This document shows positions 1 to 11,464 of a stretch of 64,000 bases of DNA, in pieces; the stretch's first letter is position 1; each line of letters starts with the position of its first letter. The translations under genes were made by a program, and so were the position numbers. The stretch comes from Epithemia pelagica (lineage: Eukaryota; Protista; Bacillariophyta), in assembly GCA_946965045.2 (NCBI GenBank), contig OX337241.1:2604001-2668000 (forward strand), read 5' to 3'. The notes under the pieces are model-generated. The model saw nothing but the letters and a program-made list of their open reading frames with translations. It had not been told where the DNA came from and did not search any database.

Positions 1-443
1 ACCAAGACCCTGTTGGATTGCTGTGTTGCTACTCCTTCTCAATTGGAACAAGGGCCGAGACACCAAGTTGGTGCACCCACTTCCTTCACCCCTCCATTTC
101 CATCGACCAAGACCCTGTTGGATTGCTGTGTTGCTACTCCTTCTCAATTGGAACAAGGGCCGAGACACCAAGTTGGTGCACCCACTTCCTTCACCCCTCC
201 ATTTCCATCGACCAAGACCCTGTTGGATTGCTGTGTTGCTACTCCTTCTTGATTGGAACAAGGGCCTAGACACCAAGTTGGTGCACCCATTTCCTTCACC
301 CCTCCATTTCCATCGACCAAGACCCCGTTGGATTGCTGTGTTGCTACTCCTTCTTGATTGGAACAAGGGCCTAGACACCAAGTTGGTGCACCCATTTCCT
401 TCACCCCTCCATTTCCATCGACCAAGACCCTGTTGGATTGCTG
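1..443. repeat. Tandem array of a 105-bp unit (about 4.2 copies in window, continues off the left edge)
   Basis: Unit accaagaccctgttggattg...ccatttccatcg restarts at 1, 106, 211, 316 and 421. Two sub-variants occur: ctcaattgg/gccgaga and cttgattgg/gcctaga. Confidence 0.97.
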
Positions 444-2805
444 ATTGGTGCATACCGCCGTATACCATCCATCATTATCTTGACAGATTCAACTGATCGT
501 CGCGCTGTTTCCTTCGCGGCAGGAGAACGTGGGTCGCTATCCCAAAATCTATCCATCCTTGTCCAGTTGTTGAAACAGAGTATTGTCTCAAACAGGAAGA
601 GGAAATCCAGATATGGTTCCCGCTCACCTTCATCCCAGATCGATGCATATGCCACAGGGTCATCGTTGAATACTGTTTCGCTCGTAACCTGTACCTCAAT
701 GTGAGGTTCACAATATTGGTAATCTTCATTTTCCTGTACATGACCGGGCAGATTGTCGTTGATATTTGTGGTTATTTCTTCGTTCCTATCATCCACAGAT
801 GAGTCATTCTCATCCGAATCGGATGAATCATCAGCGATACTGTGGTGTACAACCCGTTTCTTTTTCGATTGTCGTTGACGTTTATTGTTGGTAGAGGATA
901 CGTTGTTTTGTCCAGCGCCCATTCGTTGTGGTTTTTTCTCTTTTTTTCTCATTGTTTTTTCTTTCTCTTCTGTTCTTTCTCTTCTTCCTTTTTCTTTCGT
1001 CTCTCTTCTTCTTCTTTGCACCATTGTTTCCACTCTGCAACTACTTTTTTCCATTTCTCCGCCATAGTCGAAGCGAAAATAAGATGACCACGAACAGAAA
1101 CACACAAAGCGGCTGAGACAAACATGATACCAACCCATTCATTGGCTGTTACCTTTGTAACATTACTGATACCTGCAGAGAAGGATGTTCTGGGGTACCC
1201 CCAACTAGAAGAATAAGAGAATACCGACTGCCGGTTGGCTCGGAAGAAAGAGATGTACAAGAAATCAAACATGGCTTTTTCTCTCATTGTCATCAGAGCA
1301 AAGAAATCAGTCATGATATATTTCATGATCCCCGATTTCAAAGTATGTAATACATCACAACATGCCGCGGTAAAAATCCCATGTGTTTTATTAACACCCT
1401 CACCCAAATACAAATGGTTGTAGATGTTGTTCACTGGGTATTGTCCAATCTGATGTAAAATTTTCTTGGAATTGTTCACAGGTTCTCTCCAAGGATCCTC
1501 TCTTGGATCATCTATACCGGGTTGTCCAGAATCGATAACTACTGGGTTTCCTGATGGTTTTTCTAAACCAAGCACACGGAGGCTTCTGAAATGGATAGGG
1601 TTTTTGAAGAGGTAGTTGCATGTGGACCATGGGTATCTAGACTCCCGAGGTGTGCAATCACACTGCCAAACAAGCCGGCCAACACTTTGATGATGAGATG
1701 CATATCTTCCTGCGATGTTATCTTGTGACTTCGCATCTCCCTTTATCATGATCACGGGTAATACTTATCTCACCACCTTCTCGATCCCATGGATCCGTAA
1801 TCGCATCCACAATCCACCTCGATTCTGTATCTTCAAAAGAGCTTGGTGTATTCGCGAGAGCTGTGCATGATAATTCCGACAGGGGGACCCCCTATCCAAG
1901 ATGTATTTGGCCCCAGATGACTTCCGTTCCATATCTGTGATCAACCCTAAGATGATTTGTCTATTCGGTTTTCGCATTTCAGACATCGTCAAAAATGAAG
2001 GTACCATAACAACTGGTTCCGCATTAAATCGACCATCCCCCGTCGCGTGTGTCTTATCCATATAAGACAATAAACCAACAACGAAAGTATCGTTGTCATG
2101 TCTGTATTTCCGTACGGTACGTTGGAAAACATGGCCATCTTGTATGTTTTCGAGACATTTATTTGGTATATAAGGGCGATACGGGTCATCATCACATAAT
2201 ATTGTTTTATCCTTGGAAGTGGCTTCAGGATCTTGCAAGACACCTCGAAGTTGATGCACAAAATCAAATATAACGGTATCAACGGACTTCTCGCTGTCTG
2301 GAACGATTATATCCTTTTTGGTTGTAACTTCCATTGGGACGGTGACAATCTTTGGTTTGGGGAAATCGAAACCTCTTTTTTCGAATTTCGCCATGAATCC
2401 CTTTCGCCGTGGATGTTTTTTATTGAAAAAACGTGAGCCACAACACTCGTTAGTAGAATCAATCCATGCCAAAATGGCATCGAACATGAACTTCGGACAC
2501 CCAGCATTCCGGAGGAGTATGGCCAACCTCAATAAAGCCTTGTCATCTTCGGAAAATCGGAGACCATTTTGTTCAAGATACACTGGAAATTCCAAAGGAT
2601 TGTCTTTTGAGTTTCCATCGATAACATGGTCATCACTGGATGAACCTTTGCCTTGGACATCCTCATTGTCATCGACAGTTTGTTGGAGCCCATCATCATG
2701 ATCTGCTGGTGGTCCCTCTTCTTGGTCATCATCTGATTCTTCCTCATTCTCAGACGACAGCAAGGAATGAGCAATATTTGTACTATTCTGACATGGCTTT
2801 CTCAC
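401..2805 (-). pseudogene. Plavaka/CMC-like DDE transposase, disrupted
   Basis: Motifs LLSYMDKTH, EPVVM, RNYHAQL, IKGDAKSQDNIAGRY, HGIFTAACCDVLHTLKSG and LFETILCFNNW. In-frame TAA at 1765-1767 (KVVR*VLPVIMIKGD), a frame change in the K/E-rich tract near 950-1000, and the 3' end runs into the tandem array. Confidence 0.75.
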
Positions 2806-3689
2806 GATGGGTTGTTTTTGTGTAGTGGGTTGCAGATCCTCTCTTTCCTCATCTTCTCGATCGTCCGCCCAGGGTATCCCTACAGCACTATCATCGGTTC
2901 CTCCATTTTCTCTGAAATCCCTACAGCACTATCATCGGTTCCTCCATTTTCTAAAAGATTTCCCTGATCTTTATCATGAGAGGTATTGTTCTCGACTCCA
3001 GCAGTTTCGTGGCATATCATGGACGATTCGTGCTCCAATGCATGTGAGACCAAAGTGCCGTTTTCTCTCTTGGTATTACAAACCCTTTCATGTTGGAAGA
3101 TACCGGAGACGTGGAATAATACATGACAATTTCTACATTTACGACATGGAAGAATGGAACCACCTGTACTTGCATTTGGATCTTCGCCCACCCATTGATC
3201 TTTGATGACGGAAGGTTTATTTCTCAAATACCTTGGTTTACAAGGACGGCCCATGGTATTGGTTTTGTGGTCCTTAGTCTTTGTGGAATGAGAATCATTG
3301 CTAGTGTGACGACTGACACGAATGGTTTCGATTTTATGGTCGCCCGGCTCGCTTTCTCATTGGTTGTGGATGGATATGGTTTACCCCCCCCCCCCCCCCC
3401 CCATCCCCCATACTATGCCACATAAACTATGAGTCTATCAGTACATGGGATCGGAACGAACACAAATGCCCATGTGGCATTGGACGTTTGAATGTATAAT
3501 TGTCGCCTGTCGATTTGGTTCATTTCAAAGAAAACCGGGTGTACTCGGAACAAACGGCTCGACTTTTGAAAGTTGATAGTCGAAAGGTAAGACCTCAATG
3601 AAAACGGATTGGCATAACATTCTCCTCTTGTTGCATCCAAAACTCATTGCATTGTCAACACTTCTTATATCAGGTATACTCTTCTTGTC

Positions 3690-6024
3690 ATGTCGCCCCA
3701 TTCTGAAACAAACCAGGGGACCAAGAATAGAAAACAAGGAAGCCAACACTGTGGTGATCCAAAGCAAGATAAAAAGGACAACCAAAGCAGTAAGAATTCA
3801 GCGTTCCATGGTTTATCTGGTGGCAAAGATGCTGGAGAAAGCAGTACCGATGATGAAACAGACGACGAAGAAATAACGATCAGAGATGTCAACAACAAGA
3901 ATAGCAATGATGACCGTAACCAAGAGGATTCAGGATCCGTATCTGAAAAGAGTCAGGTAATATTTCAGGAAAGAGGAGGACGGGGAGCTTCATCCAACGA
4001 ATCCCAGGACCAAGGTAGTACCATGAGCTGTATAAGAACCCGTGGTGTTACTAATACAGGAGCACCTATGGAATCCGAACACAATACTGCTGTTATGAAT
4101 GGAGTCGACCATGGTCAACGAGTTCCTTATAATGCGAATGGAGTTGCTCCATATCCGAATCATACCCATCCTTATCCTCACCAGCAACCAAATCCATCGG
4201 TGTTGTCATTTCTTCCTCAAGGGCAACAACAACATCAGGTCCATACACAGTTCAATTATTCCCAAGCTCCTGTTGGGGGGCAACAACATCATCATTTCCC
4301 GGCGGCCTCATCATCTACGATTTATCAACAACAAGGAACTGGTATTATGGTGCATCAAGGATACCCACAACAGCAGATGATGTCTGTCCCATACTCACCC
4401 AATGGGGGCGTTCTGATGCAAGGAGGCGCTGGTGTTCACCAACCACAGCAAACACAGATGCACCATATGGATACAAATAATATTGAGTGCGCAGCTAATG
4501 ACAATGGTGGTGTGACTGTAATGTCGCACCAAGATGTTGAAAATATTATGGAAGAGGTTATGGGTGGTGGTGGTGGTGGTGGTGGTGGAGGAGTCAGTCG
4601 CGTTTGTAAGTAAGGTGTACTTCCTTTGTTTTGTTTGTGCCTTATCGGTATTGACTGGTTAGAGTGGAACTCTAAATCTGGGTTGATGTGGGTTTGGAAA
4701 TGTACAATCGAAAAAGATGTGGACTTCTGGATGGATGATGTTTCCTCACTTTCTGATCTCTCTTGGTCGTCATCATCTCTTGTAGCCATGGAAGTTGGAG
4801 GCGATAGCTCAATGGTTGCATCATCTATCTATGGTACTAGTGATGGTCAGAGTTCTGGGGCTAATGCAACGGCTGGTGAGAGGGAAAGAAGGAGAGAAGA
4901 CAAGAGGGAAAGAAAGAGAGAACAGCAAAGAAAGAGCAGGAGAAAATAAAAGGATCTACCCTTAGCTTGTCGTACGGATGAGTTCCAGACTTTTGTGCCT
5001 GATGTTGCTTGGAGGTACGTGAAGTATTTCTCACTTGCCGATGATTGTGATGCAGATGATAATGGATTATGGCATTTGGGGAAGGATCACTTCAAGGCGT
5101 ATTTCGAACGAGAAAAGATTATTGGTGATGTGGCTAAGGCAAAGTGGTGGGAAAGGTATTTCCCCCATTTGAGGAAAGAATTCAGAGGCAAGAAGAGATC
5201 AAATGTTCTACAATCGCTAAGGTTCAGGTTCATGAGTAAGTCGGTACTGTCTTGGTGCTATCTTGTTCTCATTCTTGTGGAAAGTTTTGCTCTAACATGA
5301 GCCTTCCTGCCTGGCAGAACATTTCTCGTTGAATCTATGGAGAACACATGGTGGTGGAATTGTTCAGCGACAATTCCCTAAGTTATTGGTTGACGATGAA
5401 AATCTAGGTCCTATGCCAAGTCTTGAAGAGATGATGCAAATGAGAGGAGTGAATGGAGACAATGATGCTTATGTTTTCATGTTTGAAGTATTTGGGGGGT
5501 CGGTTTATGGAGATGGAATGGTGAGAGATATCATTAATCAAGATATTACAGCTAATACACCAGAAGCACAAAAGCAAGCAATATGGAAGGAAGCGATGAG
5601 TAAGTTTACTACAAGTGATGAAGCATTCATTCTCTTAGCTCTTGAAGATTCATGGGATGCATGGGCTCTGAGGAGCAGACAAGAGTTCAAACAAAAGTTG
5701 TACAAAGAAGACCCTGCTTGGTGTCAAGCGCACCAAATTAATGAAGACATTGATACAGATGGAGTAGAACAATACAAGTATTCAGGTTGTGCAAACAAAA
5801 AGGGACGTGGTATGAGTGATATTGGCCTTGATCGTCTTGATGAATTGCAGCAGAAGGTGAGGGATGATCGAGAATATGTATCAGTTGATGGACTGTTTCA
5901 GAGACAAAATGTGTTCATGGAGATTCTTAAGAAACATCGGGAGAGGATGGGATATGTGGACAGTGCTGATCAAGATCAACCGCAGCAGAAAAAGCGGAGG
6001 AAGCACGGACTCTGGTTTTTTTAA
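3690..6024 (+). pseudogene. Spliced accessory (TnpA-like/ORF2) gene of the CACTA element, with a premature stop
   Basis: GT-AG intron 5236-5317 with a CTAAC branch point joins RFM|KHFSLNLWR in frame. Motifs FTTSDEAFILLALEDSW and GMSDIGLDRLDELQQKVRDDR are typical of CMC accessory ORFs. In-frame TAA at 4947-4949. The 5' exon structure is uncertain. Confidence 0.65.
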
Positions 6025-6114
6025 ATAGTATCTCTTCGTTAGCTTCTGTGCATGTTTTCACATTCTTCTGTGGATGGTATCGATTGTGTTGTGAAATGAG
6101 TTACCATAAGTGTG

Positions 6115-6300
6115 TGGCTTCTGCTGGTGCTTTTGGAGCCTGAGATGCAAAAGGTGGGTGGCTTCTGTCGGTGCTTTCGGTGCCTGAGATGCAAAAGGTG
6201 GGTGGCTTCTGCCAGTGCTTTCGGAGCATGGGATGCTAATGGTGTGTGGCTTCCGCTGGTGCTTTCGGAGCATGGGATGCAAAAGGTGAGTGGCTTCGGC
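6115..6300. repeat. Degenerate internal repeats (about 50 bp, 3-4 copies) near the CACTA end
   Basis: Recurring ggtgcttt(c/t)ggagc...gatgcaaaaggtg.gtggcttc blocks. Confidence 0.7.
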
Positions 6301-6657
6301 TGGTGTCATTGGAGAATGGGATAGGAGAGATTGGGGGTTTGCCCTTGTGTTATTGCACCTGTGGAGAGGGTGTATAGATGCCTTGTTCCGATGAGGTTGG
6401 TACTTTGTGTTCAGAGTGTTTTGGACGTGAAGGGCAAGGTCAGTGTGCTTAGAAGGTAAGTTCTCTGTGCGTGGAAGATGGGAGTGTGCGTGCGTGGAAG
6501 CTAGGGTCGCCGTGAATGTGTATGATGTTGTATGTGCGTGGTGGTGGGGGGGGGGATTAGTCAAAATGGTGTAAATCCGTATAAAAAAACCGGGTACGAA
6601 AAATGGCGCATGCCGACGGCGCGTATGGGGTGCGCGTTTTGGGGGCGCGTGACGCTG

Positions 6658-6672
6658 CCCTTAGACGTAGTG
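6658..6672 (-). repeat. CACTA terminal inverted repeat (one end)
   Basis: cccttagacgtagtg = reverse complement of CACTACGTCTAAGGG. Confidence 0.78.
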
Positions 6673-6828
6673 AAAAAGAAGAATCTCAGAATCTCACTTG
6701 AAGGAAGACTAGACTACAATAAAGATTTAGTTTGTGTAGGCGATCACGGATTGAAGCAAACCATGCCCACAAAAAAACAAAACACAAAACGGTGAACGGT
6801 CTGCCACTGCCATCCCTTTTTTTGAGCT

Positions 6829-6981
6829 CAAATTACAACACCGATACTGGATGAAAAATCGTCCAAATCAAAGAAGTGGCTACTTTATCTGCCAACGATA
6901 TGAGCGACTGGCGAGGGGCTAGAGCTCGCCGATTGCTAGCTAGATCGCCCAAATTCCGGCCACTATCATAGCCATATTTTG
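6829..6981 (-). repeat. 3' LTR of the outer element (153 bp)
   Basis: Matches 19255-19407 except caaattacAacacc vs caaattacGacacc. Confidence 0.92.
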
Positions 6982-6989
6982 GTCCCCTC

Positions 6990-9900
6990 ACGATTCCAGT
7001 GTCCACTGATGAGGTGATCGTGCCTCTAGTTTCCCTTCTCATGTACCAAATAAACCATCTTTGTCATCGCATCGTGATCAAACAACTCACAAAGTACATG
7101 CGGAAGCATGCAATGCATCGCCAGAGCCAACAATCCAAGACATGAGCCGAGTCCAAATGGATCTTGCACACGCAACTGCATGATTTAGGACGAGACCATG
7201 ACTCAGACCATCATGTTCTTCCATCTACCATGACATATTTCATACTTCTGGTCGTTGCACTAAACTTCATTTCATACCCTTGGTGGTTCCACTCCATGCG
7301 TACATCCACCAATCAAACTTCATTCTCTTTGGTGGTTCCGTTCCACACGTACATCCACCAACACAACACTGTATCTGACTTTGTGGTTCAACCAATCCAA
7401 CGGTCTAGTCCACAATCTGCATCTCTCCTGATGGAAAACAACATAGAAAAACCATCTCAATCTCTCTGTGGTTCGGCAAGACCATTCTGCTGCTTACTCC
7501 GCAGTTCCATTTACCTTTCGACCCCATTTTGGAGCCAAATTCATGCAAATCACAAGAAATAGGGGCAAAAAGGACCATTTGGGCCCTTTGACTCACAAAA
7601 CAACCACTATGCAAAATCAAGGTCATTTCTTCTGCATTGTGCTTCACGGATCCAAATTCGGAACAATTTCTCCCTCATTTTGACACGAACATTGCAATTT
7701 TCGTGCACTTCGATCATCCTCTTGCTGAAATGCGAATACTTGAAAGCAAAGACAGCCTTTATCTTTGCGCATAATGGCAACAATTTCCATGAATGATGGC
7801 CATATCTGACGAAAAGTAGAGTGGCCAGAAGTCGTTGCTTGAAATCGTGTGTTCAGAAAATTCCAAGCCTTGACAAAATCTCAACAAAAGCCAAAATCAA
7901 GGGATTTTCACGGCCATCAGGTCAAGAGCAATATGCAAACCTTGAGGAACAAAGGGAAGAAATCCAACATGGCAGGACACGAGTCCTCAACACAATTGAT
8001 CAGAGGATTTCCTTTTCTGCATCAGCTTGTACCAAAGAATGAAGTACATGTATTTTCAACGAGACCAGCTTAGGCGATGAAGACACAATAGTGTGAAGCC
8101 ACCGATGCCTACAGAGCCTCGACAATAGCTGTGTCCTCACGGCAGAAGACTTTAAGCTGTCGTCGCCTTCCTTTTCAGAATCAGCTCTGCTCAACGCGAC
8201 AGAATGTCCAATTACGACCGGCTAGAGAAATATCAAACATCACTGGCCCCAGCAGATTTGCATTCATGCAAGTGTCACTACGACCACCAGCAACTTGTCA
8301 TTCTCCATTTTGCGGCCATCGCAAGCAAAATCAAGATGCAACAAAGAATCAACTGAACCAAATTCCAAAGGCCCACGCTTGTTGATCTTTTCTTCTTATT
8401 CCAAACATCAAGGATGCTTAGCAGCCATGGGGATGGATGACAACACGTTCTAGGACTCAAACTCTGTCTTTTGGAGCATTCCATGTGTCGTGGTCTTCTA
8501 GCTCCGTCATCTTCCGTTCATTCTTGCTTCTCCAAAGCCCAACAGATTTGCTTCCAAACAGAAGCCTTGTAAAGTCTCAAGTCTTCCCATGAATCGGGTG
8601 AGACATACACTCGAGCAATGACCATAGGCCATAGCAATGATGGCAAGGAACATAGTCCTCAAAACATTCTTGGCCATGACAACCCTTCCACCATTTGTCG
8701 AGCATTCACGACAACAGCTAGCACTTCAAAGCGCGGGCTCAAGCAAAACCATGATACGCACTAATATGAACACAAAATCAGTGTTCGTGCAAAAGGCTCA
8801 ACCCATAGGGCGAATCTGTCAACCATAGACAGAGTTCCACAAGGCAAACTCGAGTGACTTGTGTAATCAAAGGGGAAGTCATTTGACTTCGCCAACACAG
8901 TGGGAAACCAACGACTGATAGCAAGAAGCAATGTCGGTACGCAAAGCATAGCATGATAGACATACCAACAACCGCACACCGCGAGAAGGCAAATGCATAA
9001 AACACATCATCAGTCCCCTTTCAAGGGTCCTTCACAACATCTCGACCAACAAGACACAGTTCTCATGCGACAAGGACTGAATGGGAATTGTACTGGGGTA
9101 CAACAACAATCAACCATGCAATGCTTCTTCTTCCTCATTTACCATGCCATTCACTCATGGCCCAGGGGCCATAGGATGAGTCCCCTGTCAACGATGGATG
9201 TTCTGTGAAGACAGAACGAGACCCAACAACAAAAGGCTTGATCATCAAGCATCATCCTCTTGCTTGAATTTCCATAGAACATAGCACCAAGCAAATGCCG
9301 TACGAACAGCAACTTAAATGACAAACAAGGCCGACTCCAACAACCTTGACTGCTTGACCTCTGCTGCCATGTTTGGGCAAAACAGACAGAGGCACAACAA
9401 TCATAATTTTCCTTAAACGACACCCACCAGTCTGGTACAGGTCACTCTCTCATGTCATCAATCAAGCAAACCCAGTCGTTGACAATGATAAGTGGTTAAG
9501 AGCTGACAGCATAACAACACTGCATGTTCTCGGACCATCAACATATTCAACTTATGATAATCCAATGCAGAGGATCCTTGAGAGATAGCCCAAATCATAT
9601 GGACTCAACGAACCACTTAGGATTCGTAACCCATAGCAAAAACAATCAACAATACTCAGCCCAATGATGCTGATACTTCCCTCAGCACTCAACAGGGCCT
9701 CATCGCGACCTCACAGAGAAAAGAACAAGACATTCATAGAGCAAGTCACCGACTCGTCCCATAGCAATCATTCTTGACGAAGACAAGGACAGAGTCAATG
9801 GAAGGGTTACTCTCGGGGTTCACCCTGCTCCACAATGGATGACAAAAGTTCATCCCAACGACTGCCATAACACATGACAACACCACGTCGCCAAAATATT

Positions 9901-10676
9901 GATGGTAAACCAAACCTCATGGATACCACCAGCACAAAATAGACCAATCATGCCGCCATCATAATTTGACGGCTGTTGTACTCAGCAACAGGCATAAGAT
10001 ATGCCAAATATTAAGCTTGACTGCTTCTTTCCTTTCGGAACAATGCCAAAAGTCCATGGCATGAGAAAAGGGCATTATCAACGCCACAAAAACAACAGAT
10101 CAATTCATGATCTCATACTCAGCACACCAACTGCCGAACGAGCAGAATCTTATCTTCAACTCTTGTTGTCTGTTTATCTCGTAGACAGTGCATCACAAAT
10201 GCACCCAATCCACAGATAAGACAAATTATATGGGAATTGCCATCCATGGCACCATCAAACCCAGAACACTGCGTGTCCTCAAGATTCAACAATCGATTGC
10301 AGTACAAGCACAATGCGCTCTCTGCTTGCACCGCACAAGCAATCATGGAGTAAATCATCCATGCTCAGCCCACAAAAGGGGCTCACTTACGAAAGGAGAC
10401 ACAGAGTCCCCTGTCGTCGACAGACATTTGCTTACTGTCCAATTTCGTACCTCTATAGTGCATCCTCTTCTGCACTTTCGCAGTGTGCGACTTCCTTCGT
10501 CAGCACCAAACTTTCTTTGTGACTTCTGGTGTGTATGTCCGAATCCTCATCGAGTTGAGCAACGGGCTCGCAATGAAGCACCGTCTGTCGAGTGATCTAC
10601 ATGCGGCATGTTCAACTTGGAACTCCAACAATGTAGAAAAACGGCGTACGTCGATTAGCAACCGAACGCATCCGCA
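6990..10676 (-). pseudogene. Heavily decayed internal region, possibly a copia-like pol remnant
   Basis: No long ORF. Weak remnants FGEARMNGKMTELEDHDTW (about 8481-8540; resembles the copia RT start) and KAVFAFKYSHF (about 7727-7760; resembles the RNase H KHI.IKYHHF motif). Confidence 0.35.
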
Positions 10677-10681
10677 GTGGG

Positions 10682-11464
10682 TGTTACAATTCTCATGGAA
10701 TTGCAGTGGTGTTGATGCTCGGTAGAGCAGACAATCAGGTAGTCACCAACCGATACAAACCTCTCCACGGGTAAGAGAGGAAAGCAAGTCGTAGTCTATC
10801 AAAAGGATAGTCGGGACACAAAAGAGGATGTGATAAATGGTGATATTGTTAGATTGTGTGTTGATTACTACGATAGGTCTACGTGAAATGTTCGGTCCTG
10901 CCAAGGGTCATGTGTCATAGGTTCTTGGCGGCAACAGGTTTGGAATAGTTGGAGTCGATTCATGTGATGTATATGACATGTATATGTGGACGGATAACAT
11001 ATACAGGGTCAACAGCTCTTGCTTTGGATTGGCATAGTTGTTTTCATGGCGCGCAGCTTGTTGACAATTTGGAGATTGTGGGAATGGAAATATGGTCTCG
11101 CGTGATCGTGTGTCGTGCTTGGGATACTTAGACCGTTGGTCGGATAGATGCCGACAGCGCTCGGATGTCGCTTGGGCGTGCTTGATGATTTCGGGCGCGT
11201 ACGCTTAGGGCGTTAGTATAATGTCCAAGCAACGGCCAAATTTACGTCCGTTGTAATACCGCACGACCCAGTTTAGTCTTGAGAGTGAGTTCGTCAATCT
11301 ATTCTCACTTTTCATGATTTGCGAAGAAATATAGGTCGATATAGCGCGAAGCTAGGGAACATAGCTCGAAGCTAGATGGCATGATGCGATAGCACGAGGC
11401 TATGTGACATGGGGAATCGATGAGATGTAGAATCTAACCACCATAGACGGTGAGAATTCTTACA
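10682..11464 (-). repeat. 3' LTR of the nested copia (783 bp)
   Basis: Near-identical to 18224-19006. Two substitutions spotted by eye (gtggT/Cgttg; ttaca/taaca). Confidence 0.96.

Larger units (their letters stand above)
1..6672 (-). mobile_element. CACTA (CMC/EnSpm, Plavaka-like) DNA transposon, right-hand part; other end outside the window
   Basis: Terminus reads CACTACGTCTAAGGG on the minus strand, ending at 6672, with a GC-rich subterminal region. It encloses a Plavaka-like transposase and a divergent accessory gene. Confidence 0.82.

Noticed and set aside
1-443. CRISPR-like array
   Set aside because: The units are contiguous near-identical 105-mers with no unique spacers, and the context is eukaryotic.
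10949-11131. Duplicated 60-aa ORF (also 18491-18673)
   Set aside because: It lies within the two LTR copies, has a non-ATG start and no recognisable motif.
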